Below, piece after piece: positions 43,644-43,859 of a stretch of 43,859 nt of DNA; the stretch's first letter is position 1, and each line of letters begins with the position of its first letter. The notes below the pieces were generated by a model. That model was not told the DNA's origin. It saw only the letters and a list, made by a program, of their open reading frames with translations, and ran no database searches. Made by a program: the position numbers and the translations under genes. The stretch is from a virus (Duplodnaviria > Heunggongvirae > Uroviricota > Caudoviricetes): positions 1 through 43,859 of the IMG/VR virus record IMGVR_UViG_2908567220_000006. One strand, written 5' to 3'.

Positions 43644-43698
43644 TGGAGCACCTCAAAAACACCATCATACACTAAATCAGTAAGTTGGCAGCATCACC

Positions 43699-43859
43699 GG
43701 AAGAATGGAAATAATATTAACGGTTTTAGTTTCTTGTTTGGTATTCAGTTGATCGGTTTGATAAACATCGGCGGCATGATCGTCAGCATTTGACTGGCAT
43801 CCTGCCAGAGTGAATGACGCTAACATTGCCACAGGCAGAAGACATTTTTTAAATTTCAT
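43699..43859 (-). pseudogene. lipoprotein gene truncated at its 3' end by IS1
   Basis: Starts at the window edge with MKFKKCLLPVAMLASFTLAGCQ (signal peptide and lipobox); the reading frame runs into the IS1 terminus. Confidence 0.45.

Larger units (their letters stand above)
42931..43698 (-). mobile_element. IS1, complete 768-bp copy without target duplication
   Basis: Termini GGTAATGACTCCAACTTATTGAT (42931) and GGTGATGCTGCCAACTTACTGAT (reverse complement at 43698); flanks CAGAGTGAA and GGAAGAATG differ. Confidence 0.9.

Overview
The window is almost entirely one temperate phage genome (prophage-like, about 1-40.9 kb) followed by two insertion sequences. Minus-strand early-left operon (1-4389): PPP-family Ser/Thr phosphatase, MT-A70 adenine methyltransferase, AlpA-family regulator, RecT recombinase, YqaJ-type exonuclease and small ORFs. 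Immunity region (4.4-5.6 kb): a tandem-HTH repressor without a recognisable peptidase domain, a divergent Cro-like gene, and clustered copies of a 15-bp palindrome (TTACC-N5-GGTAA). Replication and nin-like region (5.6-12.1 kb): O-like initiator with in-gene iterons, lambda P-like helicase loader, a chain of small overlapping ORFs, and a Lar-family candidate. Morphogenesis module (12.2-30.8 kb, plus strand): small and large terminase, portal, scaffold, capsid, tail-tube-like proteins and very large internal virion proteins in T7-like order; it is interrupted by a reverse-oriented moron and a phage-encoded tRNA-Arg(UCU). Accessory island between the ejection-protein gene and the tailspike (30.8-34.3 kb, AT-rich): a secreted Cys-rich protein, a translationally coupled two-gene operon of unknown function, a Bro-N antirepressor, and a small antirepressor-domain paralog sitting behind a near-consensus LexA box. 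Then tailspike, lysis cassette (holin-like proteins, GH19 endolysin, Rz with embedded Rz1), and a P4-type tyrosine integrase. Right end: IS2 (with 5-bp target duplication), a membrane-protein gene, and IS1 (no duplication) truncating a lipoprotein gene. The TTACC-N5-GGTAA palindrome recurs about 14 times, always intergenic and in front of operons across early, late and accessory regions. All calls rest on reading the sequence and the supplied ORF track; no database search was run.
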